A DNA stretch of 47,954 nucleotides from NCBI GenBank assembly GCA_045654305.1, contig JAZONB010000033.1, positions 1 to 47,954 on the forward strand, read 5' to 3'. The position numbers and the translations under genes were made by a program. This DNA comes from Acutalibacteraceae bacterium (lineage in GTDB: Bacteria > Bacillota > Clostridia > Oscillospirales > Acutalibacteraceae). Positions 19,834 through 28,376 of the stretch are shown here, piece after piece (the stretch's first letter is position 1; each line of letters starts with the position of its first letter). The notes under the pieces were generated by a model, which made no database searches, was not told the DNA's origin, and saw only the letters and a program-made list of their open reading frames with translations.

Positions 19834-20706
19834 ATGAAAAGAATATGGAATTATTTAAGCATAATTCTGGTCGGAATAATGTTAGCATTTGTTTATTACA
19901 TTTTTATTATTCAAAATAATTTTGCACCGGCAGGACTCAACGGAATTGCTACTATGATTCAGTATAAAACGGGATTTAGCATAAGTTATATGTCACTTCT
20001 TATAAATATTCCGCTATCCATTTTGGCTTTTTTCTTTGTACAAAAAGATTTTGCGGTTAAAACTCTATTGTTTTCTGTTGTATATTCGGTGTCTTTTTTG
20101 ATTTTACAAGGCTCAAATCTTTCTTTTATTCAGTATAATGCATTCGACCATGACACGATTTATCCTGTTATATTAAGCGGTGTTTGTAGTGGTATTGTTT
20201 ACGGCGTATGTTTCAGAAATAACGCCTCCACAGGCGGAACAGATGTTGTTTCGCGTTATATCAACAAGGTTAGACCTGATACTAATTTCTTCGTTGTTAC
20301 TTTTATTTTAAACGGTTTGGTTGCGGTAGCTTCGATATTTGTATATTCGACAGGCGATTTTAACTATAAGCCTGCAGCGCTGTGTATAATCTATTGTTTT
20401 ATATCTGCTTTTGTAGGAAATTTATTGCTTAAATCAACTAAAACTGCATACAAATTCACTATCATTACTACTCACAAAGAAGAAATTATCAAAGAAATCA
20501 ATTACAAGTTCCATCACGGATGCACCGAAATAGATGCTATTGGTACATATACAGGAACAAAAAAATCTGTTCTTATTTGTATTTTAAATAAACATCAGCT
20601 GAATGATTTTCAAAAAATTATTTCAAAGTATAGCGATACATTTTCGTATTTTGAATCGGTTAATGAAACCTACGGTAACTTTAAACATATAAAACAGAAA
20701 ATTTAG
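19834..20706 (+). CDS. YitT family membrane protein (DUF2179 C-terminal domain)
   Basis: 290 aa with a multi-TM N-terminus (FAPAGLNGIA) and a soluble C-terminal domain. Confidence 0.75.
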   Translation: MKRIWNYLSIILVGIMLAFVYYIFIIQNNFAPAGLNGIATMIQYKTGFSISYMSLLINIPLSILAFFFVQKDFAVKTLLFSVVYSVSFLILQGSNLSFIQYNAFDHDTIYPVILSGVCSGIVYGVCFRNNASTGGTDVVSRYINKVRPDTNFFVVTFILNGLVAVASIFVYSTGDFNYKPAALCIIYCFISAFVGNLLLKSTKTAYKFTIITTHKEEIIKEINYKFHHGCTEIDAIGTYTGTKKSVLICILNKHQLNDFQKIISKYSDTFSYFESVNETYGNFKHIKQKI

Positions 20707-20715
20707 GAGTTCGGA

Positions 20716-21888
20716 ATGGATATAAGACGGGAATCTTTGAAAAAACATTACGAATGGGGCGGAAAAATTGAGGTAATTTCGCGTGTACAGGTTAATACGC
20801 GTGAGGATTTATCCTTGGCGTATACACCCGGTGTTGCCGAGCCTTGTCTTGAAATAAATAAGGATGTAAACAAGTCATATGATTTAACACGCCGCTCAAA
20901 TTTAGTCGCTGTTGTGACAGACGGTACAGCGGTACTCGGTCTTGGTGATATTGGTCCTGAGGCAGGTATGCCCGTAATGGAGGGTAAATGTGCATTATTT
21001 AAAGAGTTTGCCGATGTTGATGCATTTCCGCTGTGTATAAAATCTAAAGATGTAGATGAAATTGTCCGCACAATTTATCTGCTGTCAGGTAGCTTTGGCG
21101 GAATAAATCTTGAGGATATTTCAGCTCCTCGTTGTTTTGAAATTGAGAAAAAACTTAAAGAAATATGCGATATTCCGATTTTTCACGATGACCAACACGG
21201 TACAGCGATTGTTGTGGCTGCCGCGCTCATAAATGCCTTAAAGCTTGTTAAAAAGCAGATAGGGGATATTAAGGTTGTTATTAACGGTGCAGGCTCTGCT
21301 GGTATAGCAATAGGCAAGCACCTTATGAATATCGGTGTCAAAAATCTTATTTTTTGTGATAGATTTGGTATTATACATAAGGGCGACAGTAACAATAATC
21401 CCGCTCAAGAGGAAATTGCAAGTGTTACTAATACCCAAAATAAAACAGGAAACCTGGCTGATGCATTAGTCGGCGCTGATGTATTTATTGGTGTTTCTGC
21501 GCCAAACCTTGTTGATGAAGCAATGGTGAAATCAATGGCAAAAGATGCGATACTTTTCCCGATGGCTAACCCTACACCCGAAATTATGCCCAACATTGCT
21601 AAAAAAGCGGGAGCAAGGGTTGTTGGTACCGGGCGTTCTGATTTCCCGAATCAAATTAACAATGTTCTTGCTTTCCCCGGTATTTTCCGTGGCGCGCTTG
21701 ATTGCCGTGCAAAGTGCATAAATGAGGAAATGAAAGTCGCTACCTCCTATGCATTGGCTTCACTTATTCCGGACGATGAAATCACCGAGGAAAATATTAT
21801 AGCAACAGCCCTTGATAAAAGGGTTGCAAAGGTTGTTGCCGAGGCTGTTATAAAAACAGCTAAGGAAACAGGGGTTGCACGTATTTAA
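20716..21888 (+). CDS. NAD(P)-dependent malic enzyme
   Basis: [48 protein letters not shown]. Length is 390 aa. Confidence 0.92.
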   Translation: MDIRRESLKKHYEWGGKIEVISRVQVNTREDLSLAYTPGVAEPCLEINKDVNKSYDLTRRSNLVAVVTDGTAVLGLGDIGPEAGMPVMEGKCALFKEFADVDAFPLCIKSKDVDEIVRTIYLLSGSFGGINLEDISAPRCFEIEKKLKEICDIPIFHDDQHGTAIVVAAALINALKLVKKQIGDIKVVINGAGSAGIAIGKHLMNIGVKNLIFCDRFGIIHKGDSNNNPAQEEIASVTNTQNKTGNLADALVGADVFIGVSAPNLVDEAMVKSMAKDAILFPMANPTPEIMPNIAKKAGARVVGTGRSDFPNQINNVLAFPGIFRGALDCRAKCINEEMKVATSYALASLIPDDEITEENIIATALDKRVAKVVAEAVIKTAKETGVARI

Positions 21889-22023
21889 TTCAGTTATACA
21901 ACAAATAACACCATAAATTACACCTGCGACAGTACCGTACACAATAACCGATCCTGCGATTTTGAACATATTGGCACCTACACCTAAAACGAAGCCCTCT
22001 GCTTGTGTAAACTTAGCAGCCAT
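21889..22023 (-). pseudogene. Orphan spoVAC 3'-end fragment (copy a)
   Basis: It translates to MAAKFTQAEGFVLGVGANMFKIAGSVIVYGTVAGVIYGVICC, matching only the last 45 or so residues of SpoVAC. There is no upstream gene body. The native stop is lost and the fragment abuts the malic-enzyme stop. Confidence 0.8.
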
Positions 22024-22038
22024 TAATTTGTAAAAACA

Positions 22039-22067
22039 TTTACATTTAAACGGCGCTGTGATATAAT
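22039..22067 (+). promoter_or_regulatory. Promoter of the FAD-oxidoreductase gene
   Basis: TTTACA at 22039-22044, a 17-nt spacer, and an extended -10 TGATATAAT at 22059-22067. Confidence 0.5.
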
Positions 22068-22102
22068 ATATTTATATTAGCCAAATTGAAAGGTAATAGC
22101 AT

Positions 22103-23383
22103 ATGCAACAAATTAACTATTCTAAGTCAATTCCTGTAAAAAAGCAGTACGATGTTATCGTTTGCGGTGGTGGTGTTGCGGGTGTTGCAGCGGCAGTCAG
22201 CGCAGCAAAAAACGGTTTGTCCACCTTACTTCTTGAAAAAAGCAATATTCTTGGCGGTCTTGGAACATTGGGACTTATCAATCTTTTTGTTCCAATGTGT
22301 AACGGTCGCGGCAAGCAAATCATTTTCGGTCTTGCTGAAAAATGGCTTCGTATGAGTGCAACGCTTGGATGGGATACTATCCCAAATGAGTGGAAAAATG
22401 GGGAGCCAAATGAACCAACCAATGTAAGATATATTCAACGTTATTCCCCAGCTATTTTTGCCTATCAGTTGACCGAAGAACTAAAAGAAAGTGGTGCGGA
22501 CATTCTTTTTGATTGCATGGCTGTTGATCCAATTATGGATGGTAATATTTGTACCGGTGTCATTACCGAAAGCAAAGGCGGTACATCGTTTTATCCTTGC
22601 CGTGTTTTAATCGACACCACAGGTGATTGCGATGTGTTGCGCCGCGGTGGAATTCCTACTGTCAGCGGCGAAAATTTCTTCACTTTTTCTGCAAAGATGG
22701 TTACACTGGACAGCTGCAAACAAGCCATTGAATCTAATGATATTCGCAATATATACAAAAGCATAAGCGGTGGCAAGGTCAACCTGTTTGGCGATAATCA
22801 ACCAGATGACGTTCCCCGTTGGTCAGGACTTTCGGCAGAAGAAGTTACTGACTACATCGTACGCAATCACTTACTGATCCTAAAAGAGTTAAAAAATACC
22901 GACAGAACAACCCGTGAAATTGTAACCACTCCCGGTATGCCTCAATTTCGCACCACTGCCCACATAAAAGGCGATTATTCGCTCAAAGTTGTAGATGCTT
23001 ACCGTCACTTTGATGATTCGGTATGTGCGATCAACGACTTTGAACATCGTGACCATCTGTTTGAGGTGCCGCTACGTGCATTAACAAGAAAAGATTTCCC
23101 TAACATTATCACTGCAGGCAGAAGTGCTGACGGAACGGGTTACGGCTGGGATCTTTTGCGTGTGATACCACCTGCGATTCTCACTGGTCAAGCGGCAGGT
23201 GAAGCAGCTTGTCTTGCTATTAAAACTAATGTCGCTATTGCGAATGTGGATATACGTGCTTTACAAGCAAAGCTTGAACAAGAAAACGTAATGATTCATT
23301 TCCCCGATTCCTACATACCCGAAGATAAAACCGTAATTATCCATGGAAAAAACTCTGCCGAAATCGAAGGCGGGCATATGTAA
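22103..23383 (+). CDS. FAD-dependent oxidoreductase (FAD_oxidored/GidA-like fold)
   Basis: N-terminal dinucleotide-binding motif YDVIVCGGGVAGVAAAVSAAKNG...LLEK. Length is 426 aa. Confidence 0.8.
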   Translation: MQQINYSKSIPVKKQYDVIVCGGGVAGVAAAVSAAKNGLSTLLLEKSNILGGLGTLGLINLFVPMCNGRGKQIIFGLAEKWLRMSATLGWDTIPNEWKNGEPNEPTNVRYIQRYSPAIFAYQLTEELKESGADILFDCMAVDPIMDGNICTGVITESKGGTSFYPCRVLIDTTGDCDVLRRGGIPTVSGENFFTFSAKMVTLDSCKQAIESNDIRNIYKSISGGKVNLFGDNQPDDVPRWSGLSAEEVTDYIVRNHLLILKELKNTDRTTREIVTTPGMPQFRTTAHIKGDYSLKVVDAYRHFDDSVCAINDFEHRDHLFEVPLRALTRKDFPNIITAGRSADGTGYGWDLLRVIPPAILTGQAAGEAACLAIKTNVAIANVDIRALQAKLEQENVMIHFPDSYIPEDKTVIIHGKNSAEIEGGHM

Positions 23384-23385
23384 TT

Positions 23386-23419
23386 AAAAAGGCTTAACCA
23401 AATAGGTCAAGCCTTTTTA
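23386..23419 (+). terminator. Rho-independent terminator
   Basis: aaaaggcttaacc aaat aggtcaagccttttt. Confidence 0.75.
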
Positions 23420-23575
23420 TATCATCTGAATTATCCAACAAATAACCCCATAAATCACACCTGCAACAGTGCCATAGACAATAACAGGACCTGCGATTGT
23501 GAACATCTTTGCGCCAAGACCTAAAACCCAGCCTTCTGCTTGTGGTCAAGTAGGACCCATTACTTCGTGTTCCAT
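23417..23575 (-). pseudogene. Orphan spoVAC 3'-end fragment (copy b)
   Basis: It translates to MEHEVMGPT*PQAEGWVLGLGAKMFTIAGPVIVYGTVAGVIYGVICWIIQMI*. There is an in-frame TGA at 23546-23548 and no upstream gene body. Confidence 0.8.
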
Positions 23576-23583
23576 TATAACCT

Positions 23584-23618
23584 AAAAAAACTGTCCATCC
23601 ATTAAGATAGACAGTTTT
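23584..23618 (-). terminator. Rho-independent terminator of the XRE gene
   Basis: Stem aaaactgtc/gacagtttt followed by a T-run on the minus strand. Confidence 0.7.
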
Positions 23619-23841
23619 ATTTATAATGCGGCTTTGAATCGTTAGTCAAACCTAAAATATAATCAGTAGAGGTTTTGTACAACTTAGCAAGACGAATCAA
23701 GACATCCGTGGGCAAATCCCTTAGACCACGCTCATAACGACTGTACTGCGGTTGCTTCATATCTAAATAATCTGCTATCTGTTGTTGCGACAAATCACGA
23801 TCTTCCCTTAAATCTTTTAATCTTGAATAATAATTATCCAT
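23617..23841 (-). CDS. XRE-family helix-turn-helix transcriptional regulator
   Basis: Start placed at MDNYYSRLKDLREDRDLSQQQIADYLDMKQPQYSRYERG. The HTH_3 pattern ends in TDYILGLT. Length is 74 aa. Confidence 0.85.
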   Translation of the reverse strand: MDNYYSRLKDLREDRDLSQQQIADYLDMKQPQYSRYERGLRDLPTDVLIRLAKLYKTSTDYILGLTNDSKPHYK

Positions 23842-23871
23842 TTCAAAACCAACCTTAATAACCATTTGGTA

Positions 23872-23927
23872 TTGACATCTTAACATGCATATGATAATAT
23901 ATATTCATTTAATAACTATACGGTTAT
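23872..23927 (+). promoter_or_regulatory. Promoter and candidate operator for the divergent membrane-protein gene
   Basis: TTGACA at 23872-23877, a 17-nt spacer, and TGaTAATAT (-10 at 23895-23900). The palindrome ATAAC-N6-GTTAT lies at 23912-27, and ACCA-TT-TGGT at 23861-23870. Confidence 0.45.
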
Positions 23928-23955
23928 AAAACAAATATATAAGGTGGTATTGTTT

Positions 23956-24492
23956 ATGGATAACGAAACTTGGTTTATTTTCCCAATTAGTGGAACTCTT
24001 ATAGGTATTGTAGTTTTATTACCTATACTTTGTATTTTAGTCGGTGCAGATAGTGCATTCAATTTTATTTATGAAAATTATACTGTGTTTTTTTCGATTT
24101 TTTCTATAATATCCGTAATTTTAATATTAATCCCTTTGATAGGTGGAATTCACTTGACAAGTATTCTATCATTTCCGGCGGGTGCTATTTGTTCTTCTCA
24201 AATGCTTTATATGTTTCATTTTGGATTGAACGCTATTGGTAATATTAATGATTATGGATTTGCACTTATTGGTAGGACTTTATTATTTATCATTTGGCTA
24301 ATTTATATGTTGATAAATATAATATTAACATTTGGTTCCATGGGTATTGGTGCATTTTTTTCATTCGGATATAAATCTATAAAAAATTCAACAGCAGATA
24401 CTGGTGAACTATATTCTAATTTAGGTTTATCGGTTGGTATTAGTACATTGTTTGGCGTAATTGGATGGATTATTAATTGGTTTTTTTTATAA
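23956..24492 (+). CDS. Hypothetical multi-pass membrane protein
   Basis: Start at ATG 23956 behind AAGGTGG. It is about 178 aa with 5-6 hydrophobic helices and is very AT-rich. I recognise no family. Confidence 0.6.
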   Translation: MDNETWFIFPISGTLIGIVVLLPILCILVGADSAFNFIYENYTVFFSIFSIISVILILIPLIGGIHLTSILSFPAGAICSSQMLYMFHFGLNAIGNINDYGFALIGRTLLFIIWLIYMLINIILTFGSMGIGAFFSFGYKSIKNSTADTGELYSNLGLSVGISTLFGVIGWIINWFFL

Positions 24493-24533
24493 TTTAAAAT
24501 CATTTAATAAACATAAGAAAGGATGAAAAACAC

Positions 24534-24953
24534 ATGAGCATTTATGACGAAATAGAAGCCGAAAAACTTCGCCTACAACAAGAACAGCGGTTAAAAAATC
24601 AAAAAAGTAAAATAGCGTTTGAAGAATCAGAAAAAATTATACCTGAAATTGTAAGTCAAATTAAAAACAGAGCAATTTATCGTGCTGCTACTAATTCTGG
24701 TCCTATATATAGACGTGGACTATTAGGTGGTGCGAAATACATTAAAATAACATATAAACTTTCTCAAGATGACGAAGGTGAAAAATTAAAAATGTATGTG
24801 GCATTGCACAAAGTCAAAAACAATAGCAAAATATACAAAAAATTGACGGCTGCCATTAATGCCGCAGGCTTCTGCAACACAAATGTATCATACTACGAAC
24901 CACGTCATTATTTTTATATCAGCACAGAATTCAATTTACCAAAATTAGGATAA
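24534..24953 (+). CDS. Hypothetical protein, 139 aa
   Basis: RBS AAAGGA. The N-terminus is charged and coiled-coil-like. I recognise no family. Confidence 0.55.
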   Translation: MSIYDEIEAEKLRLQQEQRLKNQKSKIAFEESEKIIPEIVSQIKNRAIYRAATNSGPIYRRGLLGGAKYIKITYKLSQDDEGEKLKMYVALHKVKNNSKIYKKLTAAINAAGFCNTNVSYYEPRHYFYISTEFNLPKLG

Positions 24954-24970
24954 TTTATATATTTAACATT

Positions 24971-25414
24971 TTACAATAATGTTATTATCCAATAAACAAC
25001 GCCATAAATCACACTCGCAACCGTGCCGTATAAAATGACGGGCCCTGCGATGGTGAATATCTTCGCACCAACGCCAAGTATAAAGCCCTCGCTTTTAAAC
25101 TCGATAGCAGGGGAGACAACTGCATTTGCAAATCCCGTAATCGGCACCAATGTACCCGCTCCCGCATGTTTTGCAATTTTGTCAAAAAGTTTAAGTCCAG
25201 TTAAAAGTGCGGCGATAAAAATCAGTGTTACGGGCACCGCCATTTTCACGGTTTTTTCGTCAAAACCGAACCACTTGTAAAGCTCCATAAACAGTTGACC
25301 TATCACACAGATAAGTCCGCCTATAACAAAGGCAGATATAAAATCCTTGATTTTTGGCGATGGGGGAGAAAGTTTTTTCACAACTTTATCATATTCCTTA
25401 TTAGTAAAACCCAC
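24971..25414 (-). CDS. spoVAC: Stage V sporulation protein AC (SpoVAC)
   Basis: Motifs: FVIGGLICVIGQ, AGAGTLVPITGFANAV, SEGFILGVGAKIFTIAGPVILYG. I moved the start to GTG 25414, 8 nt after AAGGAG; the track's start at 25423 overlaps the RBS. Confidence 0.88.
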   Translation of the reverse strand: MGFTNKEYDKVVKKLSPPSPKIKDFISAFVIGGLICVIGQLFMELYKWFGFDEKTVKMAVPVTLIFIAALLTGLKLFDKIAKHAGAGTLVPITGFANAVVSPAIEFKSEGFILGVGAKIFTIAGPVILYGTVASVIYGVVYWIITLL

Positions 25415-25463
25415 TAAAATCACTCCTTTTAGAGTAGTTTTAGTGGGTTTTTAAGTTTTATTC

Positions 25464-26237
25464 TTAAATTTTTATACTAATTTCGCCTGATGATAAATAT
25501 TCCTGTGTTTTGTCAGCATATTCAACCAACAGTCTAAAATCATCATCCATTGAAATTACAGAAGCATTTTTACTGATATTGTTTTTTATTACATTAACAT
25601 TTTTGCCTATAACAAAATTTCTTTTTTTGTAATCGGCCAAAAAGTTTTTTTGCAAAAGGTTTTTATAAAATTTAAAGAAATTATTTAATACTAAAGCTGT
25701 AAGCTTTGCTTTTAAAGATAAATCAAAATTTTCAAAAACGCTTCCTGCAATATCTTTAATTTCATCATCAAATCCGTTTTCAGGAGTAAATGCATTGATG
25801 CCTATTCCCAAAATTATATATTCAAAATTTTGGTTTTTAGGATTAATGCACCCTTCGGTCAGAATACCGCAAACCTTTTTACCGTCTATCAGAACATCAT
25901 TCACCCATTTGATTTGTGATTTCTTTTGAGTGAGTTCGTCGCAAGCATTACAGATGGCAACAGCGGCGGCAGTAGTAATTAAGGTGGCGTCAAAACCGCC
26001 AAAATCTGGTTTTAAAAGTATACTCATATAAATACCGCTATTTTCTGGAGAGTGAAATTTGCGGTCAAATCTGCCTCTGCCGTGAGTCTGATTATCTGCA
26101 ATAATAACCAAGCCCTCTTTTTGGGATTCTGCTTTTTCTTTCAAAACAGAATTTGTTGAGGATAGGGTAGAGTAAGATTCTATATTTATATTGTCAAATG
26201 ATATATTGTCACAAATAGATTTAATATAATTTTCCAA
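25464..26237 (-). CDS. birA: Biotin--[acetyl-CoA-carboxylase] ligase, class I (no N-terminal HTH)
   Basis: The motif GRGRFDRKFHSPENSGIYMSILL, and KWVNDVLIDGKKVCGIL. TTG start. Length is 257 aa. Confidence 0.88.
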   Translation of the reverse strand: MENYIKSICDNISFDNINIESYSTLSSTNSVLKEKAESQKEGLVIIADNQTHGRGRFDRKFHSPENSGIYMSILLKPDFGGFDATLITTAAAVAICNACDELTQKKSQIKWVNDVLIDGKKVCGILTEGCINPKNQNFEYIILGIGINAFTPENGFDDEIKDIAGSVFENFDLSLKAKLTALVLNNFFKFYKNLLQKNFLADYKKRNFVIGKNVNVIKNNISKNASVISMDDDFRLLVEYADKTQEYLSSGEISIKI

Positions 26238-26288
26238 AAAATCACCACTAAAAGAATAGCAGAAATCGGTAATTTTTTCAAGTAATAT

Positions 26289-26533
26289 TTGACAAATGCT
26301 TATGTTTATAGTATTATGTATCTGTTGGCGTATATCTTAATTTAAATTGTTAAAAGGAGATGGTTTTGTGGACCCGCTTCCTCGAAGTAGGAATAGGTTT
26401 GAGATTGGGCTAGTGCCAAAATTTAATAATTACTGTTTTTTCGCCCTGTCAAACATCAGGTTTTTCAGAGTAAGGCGTAACTGATATAAAGCCTTAAAAA
26501 CATTAATTATATTTTTGGAGGATTAGTTCAATA
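26289..26533 (+). promoter_or_regulatory. Promoter plus a roughly 210-nt untranslated leader of the CNNM/CorC-type gene
   Basis: TTGACA at 26289-26294, a 17-nt spacer, TATTAT at 26312-26317. The long leader has possible long-range pairing ggcgtatatc (26336-45) with gatataaagcc (26483-93), and a competing hairpin taaggc/gcctta. Confidence 0.4.
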
Positions 26534-27850
26534 ATGATAAAACAACTACTTTTGCAATTTATACTGATTGCAATTAATGCTTTTTTTGCCGCTACTGAAA
26601 TTGCGGTGATATCCCTTAACGAAAAAAAGGTTAAGGCTAAAGCAGACGACGGCGACAAAAAAGCCGTTAAAATGCTTAAGATGATTGAAGAGCCTACAAG
26701 GTTCCTTTCAACCATACAAATTGGTATTACCTTTGCAGGATTTTTGGGTTCTGCTTTCGCTGCCGACAATTTTGCTGAACGCCTTTCCGCTTATATAGGT
26801 AAAACCCTTGAAATTTCTGATAAAAACATTTCTGCCGTTAATTCGTTATCGGTTGTAGTAATTACTGTGATTTTGTCTTTCTTCACACTTGTATTAGGTG
26901 AGTTGGTGCCAAAACGAGTGGCTATGAGAAACAAAGAAAAGCTTGCAGAACTCTTTTGCGGTTTCATAAGCTTCTTGGCGGGTGTTTTGCGCCCGATTAT
27001 CTGGCTATTAACAATATCTACCAACGCAGTGCTTCGTATTTTCGGCATTGACCCGAATGAAAAAGAGGAGACGGTAAGCGAAGAAGATATCGTAATTATG
27101 CTTGACGCCGGTGCTGATGAAGGTACAATTGACGAAGATGACATTGAATACATAAAGAATGTATTTAAGCTCGATAAAATGACGGCTGAAGATGTTATGA
27201 CCCCAAGAAAATCTATTGTTTCCATTGACAATGAAACCACAGACGAGGAAATCCTTAAAATTATTGAAAATGAAGGATATTCTCGTATGCCTGTTATGGA
27301 TGATGAAAATGAAAACATCATCGGTATTTTCTATGTAAGAGATTATCTTTTAAAGCGTACCAACAAAAACTTTAAACTTAAGTCGGTAATACAGCAGCCT
27401 GTTTTTGTTCCTGAATCTGTTCACCTTGATACATTGTTCAAGGATATGCAAAAAGAACGTTTTCATATGGCGGTTGTTGTTAATGAGTACGGTGAGGTTT
27501 CAGGCATTGTAACAATGGAAGATATTTTAGAAGAGCTTGTTGGTGAGATTTGGGACGAGCTTGATGAAGAAGTTCAACAGTTCACTATGGTTGACGAAAA
27601 TAACTTTGTTGTTATGACTAATGTTTTGGTTGAAGAATTCTGGGAATATTTTGACCTTGATGAAGAAATCGAGACCGATGCTACTACAATTAACGGTCTT
27701 ATTACCGAGATAGCTGACTGTATTCCTGAAATCGGATATGAATTTGAGTTAGAAAACCTTAGCATATCTGTTACAAAGGCCAACGATTTTATGACTGAAG
27801 AAATTGCGGTCAGAGTTAACCCCAAGTCGGAACAAGAAACAGAAGAATAA
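26534..27850 (+). CDS. Hemolysin-family / CNNM (DUF21)-CBS-CorC_HlyC transporter-like protein
   Basis: N-terminal DUF21 TM domain (FAATEIAVISLN), a CBS pair, and a C-terminal CorC/HlyC domain. Length is 438 aa. Confidence 0.88.
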   Translation: MIKQLLLQFILIAINAFFAATEIAVISLNEKKVKAKADDGDKKAVKMLKMIEEPTRFLSTIQIGITFAGFLGSAFAADNFAERLSAYIGKTLEISDKNISAVNSLSVVVITVILSFFTLVLGELVPKRVAMRNKEKLAELFCGFISFLAGVLRPIIWLLTISTNAVLRIFGIDPNEKEETVSEEDIVIMLDAGADEGTIDEDDIEYIKNVFKLDKMTAEDVMTPRKSIVSIDNETTDEEILKIIENEGYSRMPVMDDENENIIGIFYVRDYLLKRTNKNFKLKSVIQQPVFVPESVHLDTLFKDMQKERFHMAVVVNEYGEVSGIVTMEDILEELVGEIWDELDEEVQQFTMVDENNFVVMTNVLVEEFWEYFDLDEEIETDATTINGLITEIADCIPEIGYEFELENLSISVTKANDFMTEEIAVRVNPKSEQETEE

Positions 27851-27853
27851 TTT

Positions 27854-27884
27854 AAACGGGACTGAATTTCAGTCCCGTTTTTTT
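27854..27884. terminator. Bidirectional rho-independent terminator
   Basis: aaacgggactg aattt cagtcccgttttttt between convergent genes. Confidence 0.85.
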
Positions 27885-28227
27885 ACATTAGTCCAAAACT
27901 TACCGATAATGCCTTGTCCACCATTTCCATTGATAACTCGTCAAGACTTCCCATACGCTCTTTCAAGCGTTTTTTATCAATTGTGCGGACTTGTTCGAGC
28001 AAAACAATAGAATCCTTTGCAAGACCGCATTCTCCTGAAATTACTGAAATATGGGTTGGCAGTTTTGTTTTTTCTTTTTGACTTGTAATTGCCGCAGCAA
28101 TTACGGTAGGGCTGTATTTATTGCCAACATCGTTTTGAATTATAAGTACAGGTCTTATACCGCCTTGCTCGGAACCAATTACGGGACTCAGGTCTGCATA
28201 GTATATATCTCCTCGTTTAATGGTCAT
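27883..28227 (-). CDS. mazF: Type II toxin MazF/EndoA (PemK family endoribonuclease)
   Basis: [50 protein letters not shown] is closely EndoA-like. It is intact at 114 aa. Confidence 0.92.
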   Translation of the reverse strand: MTIKRGDIYYADLSPVIGSEQGGIRPVLIIQNDVGNKYSPTVIAAAITSQKEKTKLPTHISVISGECGLAKDSIVLLEQVRTIDKKRLKERMGSLDELSMEMVDKALSVSFGLM

Positions 28228-28344
28228 CTAATCACACTTTCCAAAATCTTGTCTACTATATTTTTGCCTCAAAGAATTAAAGTTAATCATTTATTTTGAA
28301 ATTTCTTTGATATATACTATGCAATTAGATTTTTTGGTGATAAT

Positions 28345-28376
28345 AAAACCCTTGGCGATTTAGCCAAGGGTTTTAT
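28345..28376 (-). terminator. Rho-independent terminator of the asnB-like gene
   Basis: Stem aaaacccttggc/gccaagggtttt. Confidence 0.75.

Noticed and set aside
21760-21888. Continuation of the 87-aa minus-strand ORF into the malic-enzyme 3' end
   Set aside because: SpoVAC similarity stops near 21889. The rest is read-through antisense to a conserved gene, caused by loss of the fragment's stop codon.
26360-26413. 17-codon ORF (MVLWTRFLEVGIGLRLG) in the CNNM leader as a possible leader peptide
   Set aside because: The GGAG directly abuts the ATG with no spacer, and there is no run of regulatory codons. It is not convincing as a translated leader.
28228-28290. 20-codon ORF abutting mazF as a canonical MazE antitoxin
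   Set aside because: It is far too short, lacks an RBS, and does not resemble RHH/AbrB antitoxins. I kept it only as a note in the mazF finding.
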